Source of the DNA: Fibrobacteria bacterium
GTDB taxonomy: Bacteria > Fibrobacterota > Fibrobacteria > UBA11236 > JADFYW01
Direction: 5' to 3'
Assembly: GCA_050294405.1 (NCBI GenBank)
Contig: JBNKOC010000003.1
Span: 1 to 64,000, forward strand
Length of the DNA stretch: 64,000 bases
The notes under the pieces are model-generated. The model had not been told where the DNA came from, ran no database searches, and saw nothing but the letters and a program-made list of their open reading frames with translations. This document shows, piece by piece, positions 50,194-60,058 of this stretch (position 1 is its first letter; each line of letters opens with the position of its first letter). The translations under genes and the position numbers were made by a program.

Positions 50194-50388
50194 TACAGCG
50201 AATTTCACTTCCCCAGCTATCCTTTCAAAAGGAAATTCCCTTTTTTAAGTTGTTGCCAAAAAAAGTTGAACTTTATTTATAAAAACGCCTACTAATCCTT
50301 TATAATGCTTAAAATAAGCATAAAATTGTTTAAACTGTTACCATTTATTATGAATTATTTAGGAAATTTGGTTTTAAGGAGGCTGCCG

Positions 50389-52962
50389 ATGAATTTTTTA
50401 CCACCAAAAATTCATAGGGGTTTGTGCAGTCTCCTTATCCTTCATTGCAGTGTGGTATACGCCCAATCTGTCTTTGAGATAAATCCCGATTCGGCAAAAC
50501 AATATATTTATCCGGCCATTTATGGAGTAAATACCCTTCCCCTGAGTAGCGATGCTGTCACGAACGACCTTCCTGTCACAAACCTTACGGCCGAGCGTAT
50601 TGGTGGCAATAGAGTTACTGGGTACAACTGGGAAAACAACGCTTCCAATGCCGGGCTAGATTGGAACCATAACAGCGACAACCATTTGTTGACTTCCCCC
50701 GTTACCACTGAAACAGAATCAGGCGGTGCTATGGTAACATTTATGAAACGCTGCAAAAATTATAACTGTTATTCCACCATTCAGCTTCCCATGGCAGGGT
50801 ATGTTGCTGCCGATATGAGTGGCTCTGTTTCTGTTGAAGAAGCCGCTCCTTCCTCACGCTGGAAAAAAGTAGTCTTTCAAAAAGGAAGCGATTTTACGCT
50901 TAATCCACTTCAAACGGACGACAATGTTTATGTTGATGAATTTGTAAATTATATGGTTCAAAAATTTGGAAAAGCCAGCGAAGGCGGAGTTAAAAGCTAT
51001 TGCCTTGATAATGAACCGGGACTGTGGAATTATACACATCCTCGTATTCATCCCCAGCTACCTACAGCGGAAGACATTATCAATAGATCTGCAGAACTCT
51101 CGCTAGCTGTTAAAGCGGTGGACCCAACGGCTGAAATATTGGGGTTTGAGGCTTTTGGCTGGATGGAATTTCTGGAATTTACCAGTGCCACCGGTTGGGA
51201 AAATTACCAAAGTAGCTACGATTGGGCTATCAGCGCCTATTTGGGGGAAATGAAAAAAAAATCAGATGCGGCGAACATGAGACTTCTCGATGTTCTTACA
51301 GTTCACTGGTATCCGGAAGCTACAGGAGATGCCCGTATCAGTTTTGATACCGCAGGCACTGAGGCCACCGTGCAGGCCCGCTATCAGGCGCCTCGCTCTC
51401 TCTGGGATTCCACCTATGTTGAGAATAGTTGGATCACAAACAGTGGCCAGGGAGACCCAATTAATTTACTACCTCGTTTAAAGCAATCCGTAGATACCTG
51501 GTATCCTGGAACAAAAATTGGAATCACTGAATACTCTTATGGCGGGGAAGGCCATATATCGGGTGGCCTGGCACTTTCAGATGTTCTGGGAATATTTGGA
51601 AGGGAAGGTATTTATCTTGCCAACCTCCATACAAATGTCAGAGGTTTTTTAAAGCCGGCCTTCCAACTATTTCGAAACTTTGACGGAAAATACAACACTT
51701 TTGGAGATACCAGTGTTGCCGCTATTTCTCCCAGTGTAGAAGAGTATTCTATATATGCGTCAATCGATTCGGAAAATAGCAAATTGCTCCATGTTATTCT
51801 TATAAATAAAAAGGCCAGCGATTCACCCGTTAGCGTTAACATCAAAGGAAGCAAGCAGTATAAGTCCGGAATTGTTTACGGTTTTACCGAGGCCAGTACG
51901 GAAATTGCCCGCATGGAGGATGTGGACCCGATTGCAAATAACAATCTTAATTATACTGCGCCGGCCTATTCGGCACTGCACTTTATATTATCAACAGATG
52001 ATACAGTAGATCTCCAGACTCCAGACTACTATACTCTCACTATAAACACTTTAGGCAATGGCCTGGTGAACCAGAGTATTAATGGAGCTAGATTTAAGGA
52101 TGGTACCGAAGTTACTTTAACGGCTGTTCCCGCCAGCGGTTGGGAATTTTACGGATGGGTGGGAGCAGATTCAAGTACTAATACAACAATTAGCCTGACA
52201 ATGAACGAAAACAAAACAATCGAAGCACGGTTTAGCACAGTCAATGATTTAATCCCCAATGGGGATTTTTCAAATGACCTCTCCAATTGGACCGTAAATA
52301 CATGGAGTGCCGACGGATCTTCACAAGGTAATGCTGAAGTGGTAGACGGTGTGCTCAAATATACAGTTATCAATGGGGGGCCGGAAACATGGAATATTCA
52401 AATTTATCAAAACCCCGTTTCCTTTATAAAAGGGAAAGCCTATAAACTGACTTTTGATGCCTGGGCTGAAGCTGCTCATCCCATGAATGTCTGGACCGCC
52501 AATGGTGCGCTTTCAAAAGAAATTTCCTTGACCACAGCCCAAACCACCTACAGCTATACATTTATTGCGGACACCACTGAGGCCAGTGGAAGGCTTTCTT
52601 TTGACATAGGCGGAAACGGAGCGGCCTCTGCAGGGGTTGTTTATCTTGACAACGTTTCGTTAATACAAACGGATTCTATTACTGCTATAAAAAAGAACCT
52701 GGCATTTAATATGGAAGGGACTGAGTTTGTTGTGTATTCCTCTAATGGCCCGCCCACGATAGTACAATCTTCCCACAAGGGCGGGCCAGTCACCCTTAGT
52801 ATTTGTGATTTATCGGGAAAAACGGCTGCGGTGGTTTATAGCGGGCCAGTACATAGCAAGCGCATGACTTTTAAGTTGGATGGAAATCAATTTGGAAATG
52901 GGTTGTATATTATCCGCCTGAAAACTCCCGAAGAAAGCAGATCGGGTAAAATAATGTTTTAG
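50389..52962 (+). CDS. glycoside hydrolase family 44 (endoglucanase/xyloglucanase) with InlB-B-like repeat, CBM4/9-like domain and T9SS-like tail
   Basis: RIGGNRVTGYNWENNASNAG.DW, catalytic LDNEP and ITEY, VHWYPE; NGDFS..WNIQ..YLDNVSL; tail CDLSGK..GLYIIRL; AGGAGG SD before ATG 50389. Confidence 0.93.
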   Translation: MNFLPPKIHRGLCSLLILHCSVVYAQSVFEINPDSAKQYIYPAIYGVNTLPLSSDAVTNDLPVTNLTAERIGGNRVTGYNWENNASNAGLDWNHNSDNHLLTSPVTTETESGGAMVTFMKRCKNYNCYSTIQLPMAGYVAADMSGSVSVEEAAPSSRWKKVVFQKGSDFTLNPLQTDDNVYVDEFVNYMVQKFGKASEGGVKSYCLDNEPGLWNYTHPRIHPQLPTAEDIINRSAELSLAVKAVDPTAEILGFEAFGWMEFLEFTSATGWENYQSSYDWAISAYLGEMKKKSDAANMRLLDVLTVHWYPEATGDARISFDTAGTEATVQARYQAPRSLWDSTYVENSWITNSGQGDPINLLPRLKQSVDTWYPGTKIGITEYSYGGEGHISGGLALSDVLGIFGREGIYLANLHTNVRGFLKPAFQLFRNFDGKYNTFGDTSVAAISPSVEEYSIYASIDSENSKLLHVILINKKASDSPVSVNIKGSKQYKSGIVYGFTEASTEIARMEDVDPIANNNLNYTAPAYSALHFILSTDDTVDLQTPDYYTLTINTLGNGLVNQSINGARFKDGTEVTLTAVPASGWEFYGWVGADSSTNTTISLTMNENKTIEARFSTVNDLIPNGDFSNDLSNWTVNTWSADGSSQGNAEVVDGVLKYTVINGGPETWNIQIYQNPVSFIKGKAYKLTFDAWAEAAHPMNVWTANGALSKEISLTTAQTTYSYTFIADTTEASGRLSFDIGGNGAASAGVVYLDNVSLIQTDSITAIKKNLAFNMEGTEFVVYSSNGPPTIVQSSHKGGPVTLSICDLSGKTAAVVYSGPVHSKRMTFKLDGNQFGNGLYIIRLKTPEESRSGKIMF

Positions 52963-53059
52963 TACAACAAAATTTCAAGTTGCTATATGACCAAAATATT
53001 GGAATACTGCATATTCGCCCAACGATAGGCAAAATGAATTTGTTAAAACAGGAAATAAA

Positions 53060-53413
53060 ATGAAAAAAATAATTACACTAATGTTTATGGTTCTGGCTTT
53101 AATGGGGTGCCAAAATCCTGTTGATAATTCCACAAACCTATCTGGTCAAGTTGTAGGAATGTGGGAGTGGCTTCCAAATGAATCAGCAGATTACGGAGAA
53201 ACTGAATTTAAGGAAGATTTATCAATGTCTCGAAAAATTAATTCTGTTGAATACGATTTTGGAACATGGAAAATTACTTCTGAGAACAATAAAACTTTAG
53301 TATTTACATGGAATAGCGGCTTTATAGATAGCGTTACATTATCAACAGATAATCTCTCCATGATTAAAAATAATAATGGCGTTAACATTATTCTTGCTAC
53401 TAAACAAAAGTAG
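53060..53413 (+). CDS. small lipoprotein (lipocalin-like)
   Basis: LMGC lipobox; VVGMW..GTW pattern. Confidence 0.6.
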   Translation: MKKIITLMFMVLALMGCQNPVDNSTNLSGQVVGMWEWLPNESADYGETEFKEDLSMSRKINSVEYDFGTWKITSENNKTLVFTWNSGFIDSVTLSTDNLSMIKNNNGVNIILATKQK

Positions 53414-53436
53414 CTGAACTAAATGAATAGTACCTT

Positions 53437-54579
53437 ATGTTAATACTATCAAAAATGAGAATAAAATTTTTTGGATTAGCCACATTAATCATGTTACTTT
53501 CGGGTGCCTATTCGCAAAACCCCAATTTACATATCTATCTGGCTTTCGGGCAGTCTAATATGGAAGGCCAGGGCAGCATTGAATCTCCGGACAGAATGGT
53601 TGAGAATGGATTCAAAACATTTCAGGCGTTGGATTGCTCCAACTTGGGAAGGACCAAAGATACCTGGTATACAGCGGAGCCCCCAACCTGCAATTGCTGG
53701 TCAGGCCTTTCTCCCGTAGACTATTTTGGCCGGACCATGCTGGAAGCAGCGCCCGAAGGAGTTGAGATAGGGGTAATCAATGTTGCCGTGGCGGGGTGTG
53801 ATATCCGGCTGTTCGACAAAAATATCTACCAGGGTTACGACTCCACCTCTACGGAAAGTTGGTTTTTGGACAGGGTCAAGGCCTATGAAGGTAACCCGTA
53901 CCAATACCTTATCGGACGTGCAAAAGTCGCTCAGCAGGATGGTGTGATTAAGGGAATCCTGCTGCACCAAGGAGAAACCAATACCGGAGATACTCAATGG
54001 CCGCAATATGTTAAGAAGATTTATAATGACCTGATGGCTGACCTCTCTCTGAATCCCGATTCAGTCCCCATATTGGCCGGGGAGGTGGTTCACGCTGATC
54101 AGCAGGGATGTTGTTCTTCTATGAATAGTATCATCGCTAACCTACCCTCAGTGATTTCAAATGCCCATGTAATCTCATCTCAGGGATGCACGGTCCAATC
54201 AGACAATACCCATTTTGATTCCGAAGGGTATCGGGAACTGGGACGGCGGTACGCCGAGAAAATGCTTGCCCTGATAGATTATAGCGTTTCCCTTCCGCTG
54301 ATGAGTGCTGAGACGAACGGTTATTTTTTACAGAGGAATGAACCAGGTTCTCTTTCACAAACCAGCGGCATCACTTTTGGAATCCCAGGCAAAACGCATG
54401 TTTCGCTCAAGGTTTTTAACTCACATGGGGATGTTGTTACCGAGTTGGCCGGAAGGGAATTTATCTCGGGCAGGCATACTATTGGTCTCGGCACATTGGA
54501 ACTTGCACCCGGCAGTTATTACTATACCCTGCGGGCGGATGGGTTTTTTACCACCCACCAGTGGATTTTGCTCCCGTAG
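53437..54579 (+). CDS. carbohydrate esterase family 6 / SASA acetyl-xylan esterase with T9SS-like tail
   Basis: GQSNMEG, LHQGE, DNTHF catalytic motifs; tail VFNSHG..GSYYYTL. Confidence 0.9.
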   Translation: MLILSKMRIKFFGLATLIMLLSGAYSQNPNLHIYLAFGQSNMEGQGSIESPDRMVENGFKTFQALDCSNLGRTKDTWYTAEPPTCNCWSGLSPVDYFGRTMLEAAPEGVEIGVINVAVAGCDIRLFDKNIYQGYDSTSTESWFLDRVKAYEGNPYQYLIGRAKVAQQDGVIKGILLHQGETNTGDTQWPQYVKKIYNDLMADLSLNPDSVPILAGEVVHADQQGCCSSMNSIIANLPSVISNAHVISSQGCTVQSDNTHFDSEGYRELGRRYAEKMLALIDYSVSLPLMSAETNGYFLQRNEPGSLSQTSGITFGIPGKTHVSLKVFNSHGDVVTELAGREFISGRHTIGLGTLELAPGSYYYTLRADGFFTTHQWILLP

Positions 54580-54667
54580 TGATTTGAATTGTGTTAAAAA
54601 ATATGAACAAATTTTTTTGGCTAAGTTTTACCACACCTAAAAGTTCTCATTCTTTAGGTGCCCGATT

Positions 54668-54973
54668 TTAAGTAAATCCGGAAAGTAACTTCTTAAATAT
54701 CATATGAAGAGTTTTGTATTCAGAGTGACTCAATTGAAAATGCTCCTCAATACATCTTTTATAAATCGGCCATGCCTTTTTTAATTCAATGGTTCCTTTT
54801 TTAGTTAATACAGCAAAAACGCTTCGGCCATCGGATTTATCAGCGACTCTTTTTATCAGTTGATTTTTTTCGAGGCTTGTCAGGGTTTTTGATATGCCGC
54901 TTTTGGTTAGAATACATGCCTTAGCCAATTCTTTTTGTCGTAACTTTTGTTCGGGAGCGATTTTGAGAGTAAC
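54668..54973 (-). pseudogene. 5'-truncated MarR family regulator
   Basis: In-frame VTLKIAPEQKLRQKELAKACILTKSGISK..DKSDGRS..LTKKG; N-terminal helix, start codon and promoter are missing. Confidence 0.7.
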
Positions 54974-55361
54974 AGCCGGTATTATGATATTCCCTCATGG
55001 GGCTCAAAAACTTTTGGGATGGTTTAGCGGCTTCGGGTTTTCCGGTACAATGAATTATTTCACTCAAACCATGAATTTCCCATGGATATTAGGTCTGCTG
55101 ATCATTTTACTGGAATTTTTTGGGTCTCTCTTTTTAATAGCCGGTCTGGGAACCAGGGTCTTTAGTTCACTCCTTATTGTTATCATGGTCTGTGCTATGT
55201 TTATGGTACACCTTCCCAATGGATTTTTTATGAATTGGGACGGAAATCAATCAGGAGAGGGTGTAGAGTTTTTTATTTTGGCCATTGGAACTCTTATGGC
55301 TCTAGTGATATCAGGAGGGGGTGCCTTCTCAATAGATAAAGTGCTTTTCAAACATGGGTAA
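54894..55361 (+). CDS. DoxX family membrane protein, probably 5'-truncated (homology begins near 54960)
   Basis: ILRVTAGIMIFPHGAQKLLGWF, GFFMNW.G...GEGVEF, GGGAFSID; the first 22 codons are antisense marR sequence. Confidence 0.75.
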   Translation: MPLLVRIHALANSFCRNFCSGAILRVTAGIMIFPHGAQKLLGWFSGFGFSGTMNYFTQTMNFPWILGLLIILLEFFGSLFLIAGLGTRVFSSLLIVIMVCAMFMVHLPNGFFMNWDGNQSGEGVEFFILAIGTLMALVISGGGAFSIDKVLFKHG

Positions 55362-55463
55362 ATTCATTATAATCCCGGAATGGTAAGGAACCTCTAGGCT
55401 CCTTACATAATCTCCGGCAAAGCTCATTGGCAAAGTGGGCAATAGAGTTTTACATTTAATTGG

Positions 55464-55856
55464 GTGAAAAGTAAAAAGCTGGAAAATGTTCTTGAAATAT
55501 TCACAACCTTTTTAAAGCTAGGGCTAACATCCTTTGGCGGCCCTGTAGCGCACCTGGGCTATTTCAGAAGAGAAATTGTAGAAAAACGCCAATGGCTTGA
55601 TGAAAACCAATTCGGGCAGCTTATAGCTATTTGCTAATTTTTGCCAGGGCCAGCAAGTAGCCAGGTTGGCTTTAGCGTTTTTACTGGCCTCATCGGCAGC
55701 CTTTCAACTTTTCTTGGTGGAGTTTTGTTTGTTATTTTTTTAGGTCTATTGGTCATTCTTCCTTTTACGGCAAGCAGTGAGGGTGGTTATAGTTATGTTG
55801 CCCAGGCCTTTTATCGTGCCGGAGCTTTGGTTTTTGGCGGAGGCCATGTTTTATAG
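55464..55856 (+). pseudogene. chrA: chromate efflux transporter ChrA remnant
   Basis: FLKLGLTSFGGPVAHLGYFRREIV..WL..C*FLPGPASSQVGF (TAA at 55635-55637); jumps to second-domain FYRAGALVFGGGHVL, then stops. Confidence 0.88.
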
Positions 55857-56873
55857 AGGAATTTGCAGCGACTTCCAAACCTTTCCACCCTGTGTCTTGA
55901 TTTGCAACTCCGCCAAACCCTTCTCCCAATCCAGAGAAATCAGACAGTAATTTAACTCGAATAAAGTGGGGGGCTGAAACAGCTTGTAAATTTTTTCTCC
56001 CAGGACCTTAAAAATATTCCGGTTATGGGTCATGCCGCTGGAGGTGGCTTCCACAACTTCCCAGTTTCCTGCCTCTATGGGTTTTTTATACATTTGAGCG
56101 TAGTGCTTGTCTCCGGAAAGTAAAATAAGGCTGGAAGGATGTAGTTTTTCCAAAAGGGAAAAAAGCCGTTTTTTTTCTTTGGGGTAATTGGCCCATTGCT
56201 CCCCCTGTGTTTTAGGGCTAATTATTTGAATGCTGGACACCAGAATATGTACTCTGGCCTTACTATTTTTCAATTCCTTTTCCAGCCACTGCCACTGGGA
56301 TTCTCCCAATAACTTTGCATCCTCGGCCTGGGGTTCCATAAAATAGCGGGTATCCAAAAGTATAATTTTAACTGTATTCGGTTCCTCGCCAAATAAATAG
56401 GATGTATAAACTCCCGGTCGTTTCCGTCTGGGGGAATCGATGGGCTCTTCCATAAAATCAAGGAACAGGCGCTGGCTCATTTTTTTGGAAGGGTTCCACC
56501 TTCCCATGTTATTATCACCGAAATCGTGGTCATCCCAAGTGCCGATAATCCGGGTGTTTTTTCTAAGAGCTGTATAACCAGGATTGGCAAGTTGTTCGTC
56601 GTATTTTGCTTTAAGCGTATCTTCCGAATGGGTGTTTGCGTAAACATTGTCGCCCCCCCATATCCAAACATCGGGCCTGTCGTTTAAAATATCCTTCCAC
56701 AGGGGCTGGGGGAGATGGGACTTATTACAGGAGCCAAAGGCAACTACAAAGCGATAGCCCTTTTCCAAGTCCATGGAAAAACTTGAGCATATAAATAAGG
56801 TTAACATCAAAGGAATACTGCTAAGCCCTTGAAAACTGCAGAATGGGGATAAATTATGCTTCAAAAATCTCAA
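55851..56873 (-). CDS. alkaline phosphatase D (PhoD) family metallophosphatase
   Basis: AFGSCN, GDNVY, WDDHD, LLDTRY, LSGDKH, TSSG; N-terminal hydrophobic signal. Confidence 0.9.
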   Translation of the reverse strand: MRFLKHNLSPFCSFQGLSSIPLMLTLFICSSFSMDLEKGYRFVVAFGSCNKSHLPQPLWKDILNDRPDVWIWGGDNVYANTHSEDTLKAKYDEQLANPGYTALRKNTRIIGTWDDHDFGDNNMGRWNPSKKMSQRLFLDFMEEPIDSPRRKRPGVYTSYLFGEEPNTVKIILLDTRYFMEPQAEDAKLLGESQWQWLEKELKNSKARVHILVSSIQIISPKTQGEQWANYPKEKKRLFSLLEKLHPSSLILLSGDKHYAQMYKKPIEAGNWEVVEATSSGMTHNRNIFKVLGEKIYKLFQPPTLFELNYCLISLDWEKGLAELQIKTQGGKVWKSLQIPL

Positions 56874-56958
56874 GGATTAACAATGTAAAAAAACCAGTGA
56901 AAATTTACCCGGGAGCTGCTATTTTGTGTACTCCAACTTCTGACGAGCATCAGTCAAT

Positions 56959-58374
56959 TTGAAATCCATGAAAGAAAAAAGACCAAACCAGCTTTTCCAT
57001 ATTTTGGCTTCAATTGTTTTTATGGTAATGGTCAGTATTGTGTCGGCTCAGCCGGTGTCGGTTCCTGTTTCAGAAAAAAAGAGTTCTGGGGAGAACAGTC
57101 CGCTTCCAAAGGACAGTTTGGGGGACAGTTCCAACACCGCATTGGATTCCGGTGCACAGGCTGGGAATGTTAATGCTGCTGTGACCAGCCAAAGAAACCC
57201 TCATAAGAAACTCCCGGCTAAAGCTCCCTGGGAGCATATTGTTTCAGCACCTGGCTATGTTATAAATGCCCCCTTTTGGCTTCTGAACAAAACTGTGGAA
57301 AAAACCATTTACTATGTGGATGAAAATAAAATTGTACCCAAAGTGAAAAGAATTTTAATATCTGAGGACGGAACCCGTGTTATAATGCCCACTTACGATG
57401 TTCGGGTGGGGTCGGGCCTTAAAATCACCAAGTCGCAACTTTTTTCTGATAGCTCTCTTTCAGCAGTGGGTTTAAGTCACGGACTCGATTCCCGAAGGGG
57501 AGCTTATCTTTACCTTCTGGATAATCCCCTTTTGGGTTCCTCTACATTTGATTTTAAAACGGAGTATCAAAACCTTTACGATGTGGAATTTTATGGTTGG
57601 GGCCCCGATACCAAACCCGAAGATGAGGGGGAGTATTCAAACTCTCAGCTAGAAGTGGATCTCCTTTTTAAATTTCCTGTGACTTCAGGTCTGACTTTGG
57701 GTATGGGTCCAGGATACCGTTACCATAACATCCGTAATTACGAAGAGGATGAAGAGCCAATTCTGTCTGTTTTTCCCGAGTTACCTTATATTCAGCGGGG
57801 CTTTGAACCCGACTTAAATTTGGGAAATTTCGAAATTGGATTCATTTACAATAGTTTAACTCCGCTGGGACATCCCTTAACCGGAATACGTGGGGAGTTC
57901 AAAATGGATTATTACTATGAGTTGGGCAAAGATAAATACCGATTTGCCGTGCTGGAAAGCGATTATAAACAAAGTTTCCATTTGTTTTATGACAGAAGCT
58001 TTCAGATTAGATTAAATGCTTCTTTGGTCAGGGCTTTTAAAGGGCGGAATCTACCTTTCTACTATCTAAGTGAGTTGGGAGAAACAGGAACCATTAGAGG
58101 CTACGAAAGGGGGCGCTTTAGGGACCGGGACAGAGTGATGGGAAACTTAGAATACCGCTATCCGATTTGGTCTCCCGAATACAGAGTGCTGGAAGCCGTT
58201 GTCTTTGTGGACGGAGGCCAGGTAACATCCGATATATTCCGGCGTTTGTCCTGGGATAAAATGCGTTATGGCTATGGCTTTGGGATTAGGGCCTACAGCT
58301 CAAAAAACCGTGTGTTGAGTTGGGAATTTGCTTTCAGCGAAGAAGGCTTCCAGGCCTATTTTCTATTGAATTAA
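56959..58374 (+). CDS. Omp85 (BamA/TamA-like) family outer-membrane protein lacking evident POTRA domains
   Basis: Signal peptide; loop-6 LGETGTIRGYERGRFRD, NLEYRYPI, FVDGGQV, YGYGFGIR. Confidence 0.85.
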   Translation: MKSMKEKRPNQLFHILASIVFMVMVSIVSAQPVSVPVSEKKSSGENSPLPKDSLGDSSNTALDSGAQAGNVNAAVTSQRNPHKKLPAKAPWEHIVSAPGYVINAPFWLLNKTVEKTIYYVDENKIVPKVKRILISEDGTRVIMPTYDVRVGSGLKITKSQLFSDSSLSAVGLSHGLDSRRGAYLYLLDNPLLGSSTFDFKTEYQNLYDVEFYGWGPDTKPEDEGEYSNSQLEVDLLFKFPVTSGLTLGMGPGYRYHNIRNYEEDEEPILSVFPELPYIQRGFEPDLNLGNFEIGFIYNSLTPLGHPLTGIRGEFKMDYYYELGKDKYRFAVLESDYKQSFHLFYDRSFQIRLNASLVRAFKGRNLPFYYLSELGETGTIRGYERGRFRDRDRVMGNLEYRYPIWSPEYRVLEAVVFVDGGQVTSDIFRRLSWDKMRYGYGFGIRAYSSKNRVLSWEFAFSEEGFQAYFLLN

Positions 58375-58377
58375 ATT

Positions 58378-60057
58378 ATGATGAGGCAAATGAAGCATAT
58401 TGTTAACATGGGGCTTTTATGCCTTCTATGGGGCAATAGTTGGTCCCAGGAATTTAAACCCTGGATGCCTCCTCTTAAAATTCCCGATGATCGCAGTGAC
58501 ATTCCCCTTCCGCCCCCGGAGTTTAAAAATGTATGGGCAGATGCCTACAGCCGCCAGGTAACCCAACCCATAACACGGGCATTTGATTTTTCCCGTTGGC
58601 TGCGGGTAATAACAGGAAACCCCAAGCAGGCCATGAATGTTAATGAGTTTGACGAGGTGGAAAACTCCAGTTGGTTCAGCAATCGAAATACCATACGTCC
58701 ATTAACCCCTGAGGAAATCCGCAGGGGACCCAGGACCATAGCCGGACCAGATACATCGGGGCTATGGACCATCTTCAAAGTGAAATCCGAAGGTATGGCT
58801 CCGGGGTTTTGGATTGAGGATGCGGCGGGGAACAAGTTTATTATCAAACCCGAAATTAAAAATTTTCCTGAGGTAGGAACATCTGCGGAAAATATCACCA
58901 CTTTGTTGTATTATGCCGCAGGCTATAACACTCCTGAAAATTACCTGGCGGAATTTAAGCTGGACCGTCTCAAAATTGGCGAAGGGGTGAATTTTGTGGA
59001 CAGTAGGGGGGTGAAGCGGTTAATGACTCCTAAGGATTTGGATGAAATTCTTGCCAGAACCCATGTTCGCCCTGATGGGCGGGTCAGGGCAACCGCCAGC
59101 CGTTTTATCAAGGGAAAACCTGTGGGCTCTTTTAGTTTTACCGGAACCCGAGAGGGAGATCCCAATGACATTGTACCCCACCAGCACCGCAGGGAATTGC
59201 GCGGGCTCTATGTATTTGCCAGCTGGACCAATCACCACGATCTCAACTCGGGCAATTTTTTTGATAGCTATGTGGAAGATGAAGGTAAACGCTACATTCG
59301 CCACTATCTGCTCGACTTCAGTTCCTCGTTGGGAGCTTCCCTTTTCGGAGCTCAACCCAAAGTGCGGGGTTACGAACCCTTAATGAATCCCATCTATACA
59401 TTTGTTGTGAACCCGGTTCTAAATGCCTTTCGGGCGCCAAAATGGGAAACGGACAATCCCATTAAAAATAATTCTGTGGGCCGTTTCAATAACCACATTT
59501 TTAATCCCGGCAAATTTAAAATCAACTACCCCTTAGAGGCCTTTTCCCGTCTTACAAACAGGGACGGATATTGGGGAGCAAAATTGGTGAAATCCTTTAC
59601 AGATGATCAAATACGGTCTGTTGTCCAAGAGGGTTTTTATTCTGACAGCACTTCGCCAGGTATATTGGCGGATATTTTAATCGAACGCAGGGATATTATC
59701 GCCCGCTACTGGTATGCCCGCGTCAATCCGTTGGAAAATTTCAGGTTTGATTCGCAACATTACCGTTTGTACTTCAGTGATCAGGCCTTGCAGGACAACA
59801 TCGCAAACCCCGAAAAAACCATCTACCAATTTTCTTTGCGGCATAATGGTGAAAGCGTGGAGGGAAATGCATTATGGCAGTCGGCAGACAGCTGTTTAAA
59901 AATTCAAAAGCCCGATGTAATAAAAAAGCCCTTCGATCAAATTGAGGTTAGCATTAAAACGATTCGGGGTTCTGAAAAACCCGGCCCCTATATTAAAGTG
60001 TACCTCAATTCCCTGGATGGAGGGCCTCATCAGTTTGTGGGCTTTGAAAGGGAATAA
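58378..60057 (+). CDS. exported hypothetical protein with atypical kinase-like fold
   Basis: Signal peptide; KSEGMAPGF..KFIIK (Gly loop, Lys), SAE (alphaC Glu), HHDLNSGN (D-x4-N), LLDFSS (DFG-like). Confidence 0.6.
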   Translation: MMRQMKHIVNMGLLCLLWGNSWSQEFKPWMPPLKIPDDRSDIPLPPPEFKNVWADAYSRQVTQPITRAFDFSRWLRVITGNPKQAMNVNEFDEVENSSWFSNRNTIRPLTPEEIRRGPRTIAGPDTSGLWTIFKVKSEGMAPGFWIEDAAGNKFIIKPEIKNFPEVGTSAENITTLLYYAAGYNTPENYLAEFKLDRLKIGEGVNFVDSRGVKRLMTPKDLDEILARTHVRPDGRVRATASRFIKGKPVGSFSFTGTREGDPNDIVPHQHRRELRGLYVFASWTNHHDLNSGNFFDSYVEDEGKRYIRHYLLDFSSSLGASLFGAQPKVRGYEPLMNPIYTFVVNPVLNAFRAPKWETDNPIKNNSVGRFNNHIFNPGKFKINYPLEAFSRLTNRDGYWGAKLVKSFTDDQIRSVVQEGFYSDSTSPGILADILIERRDIIARYWYARVNPLENFRFDSQHYRLYFSDQALQDNIANPEKTIYQFSLRHNGESVEGNALWQSADSCLKIQKPDVIKKPFDQIEVSIKTIRGSEKPGPYIKVYLNSLDGGPHQFVGFERE

Positions 60058-60058
60058 T

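Noticed and set aside
53017..53049. GCCCAAC...GTTAAAA resembling attC core sites before a small lipoprotein
   Set aside because: Spacing is far too short, there is no internal palindrome and no integrase.
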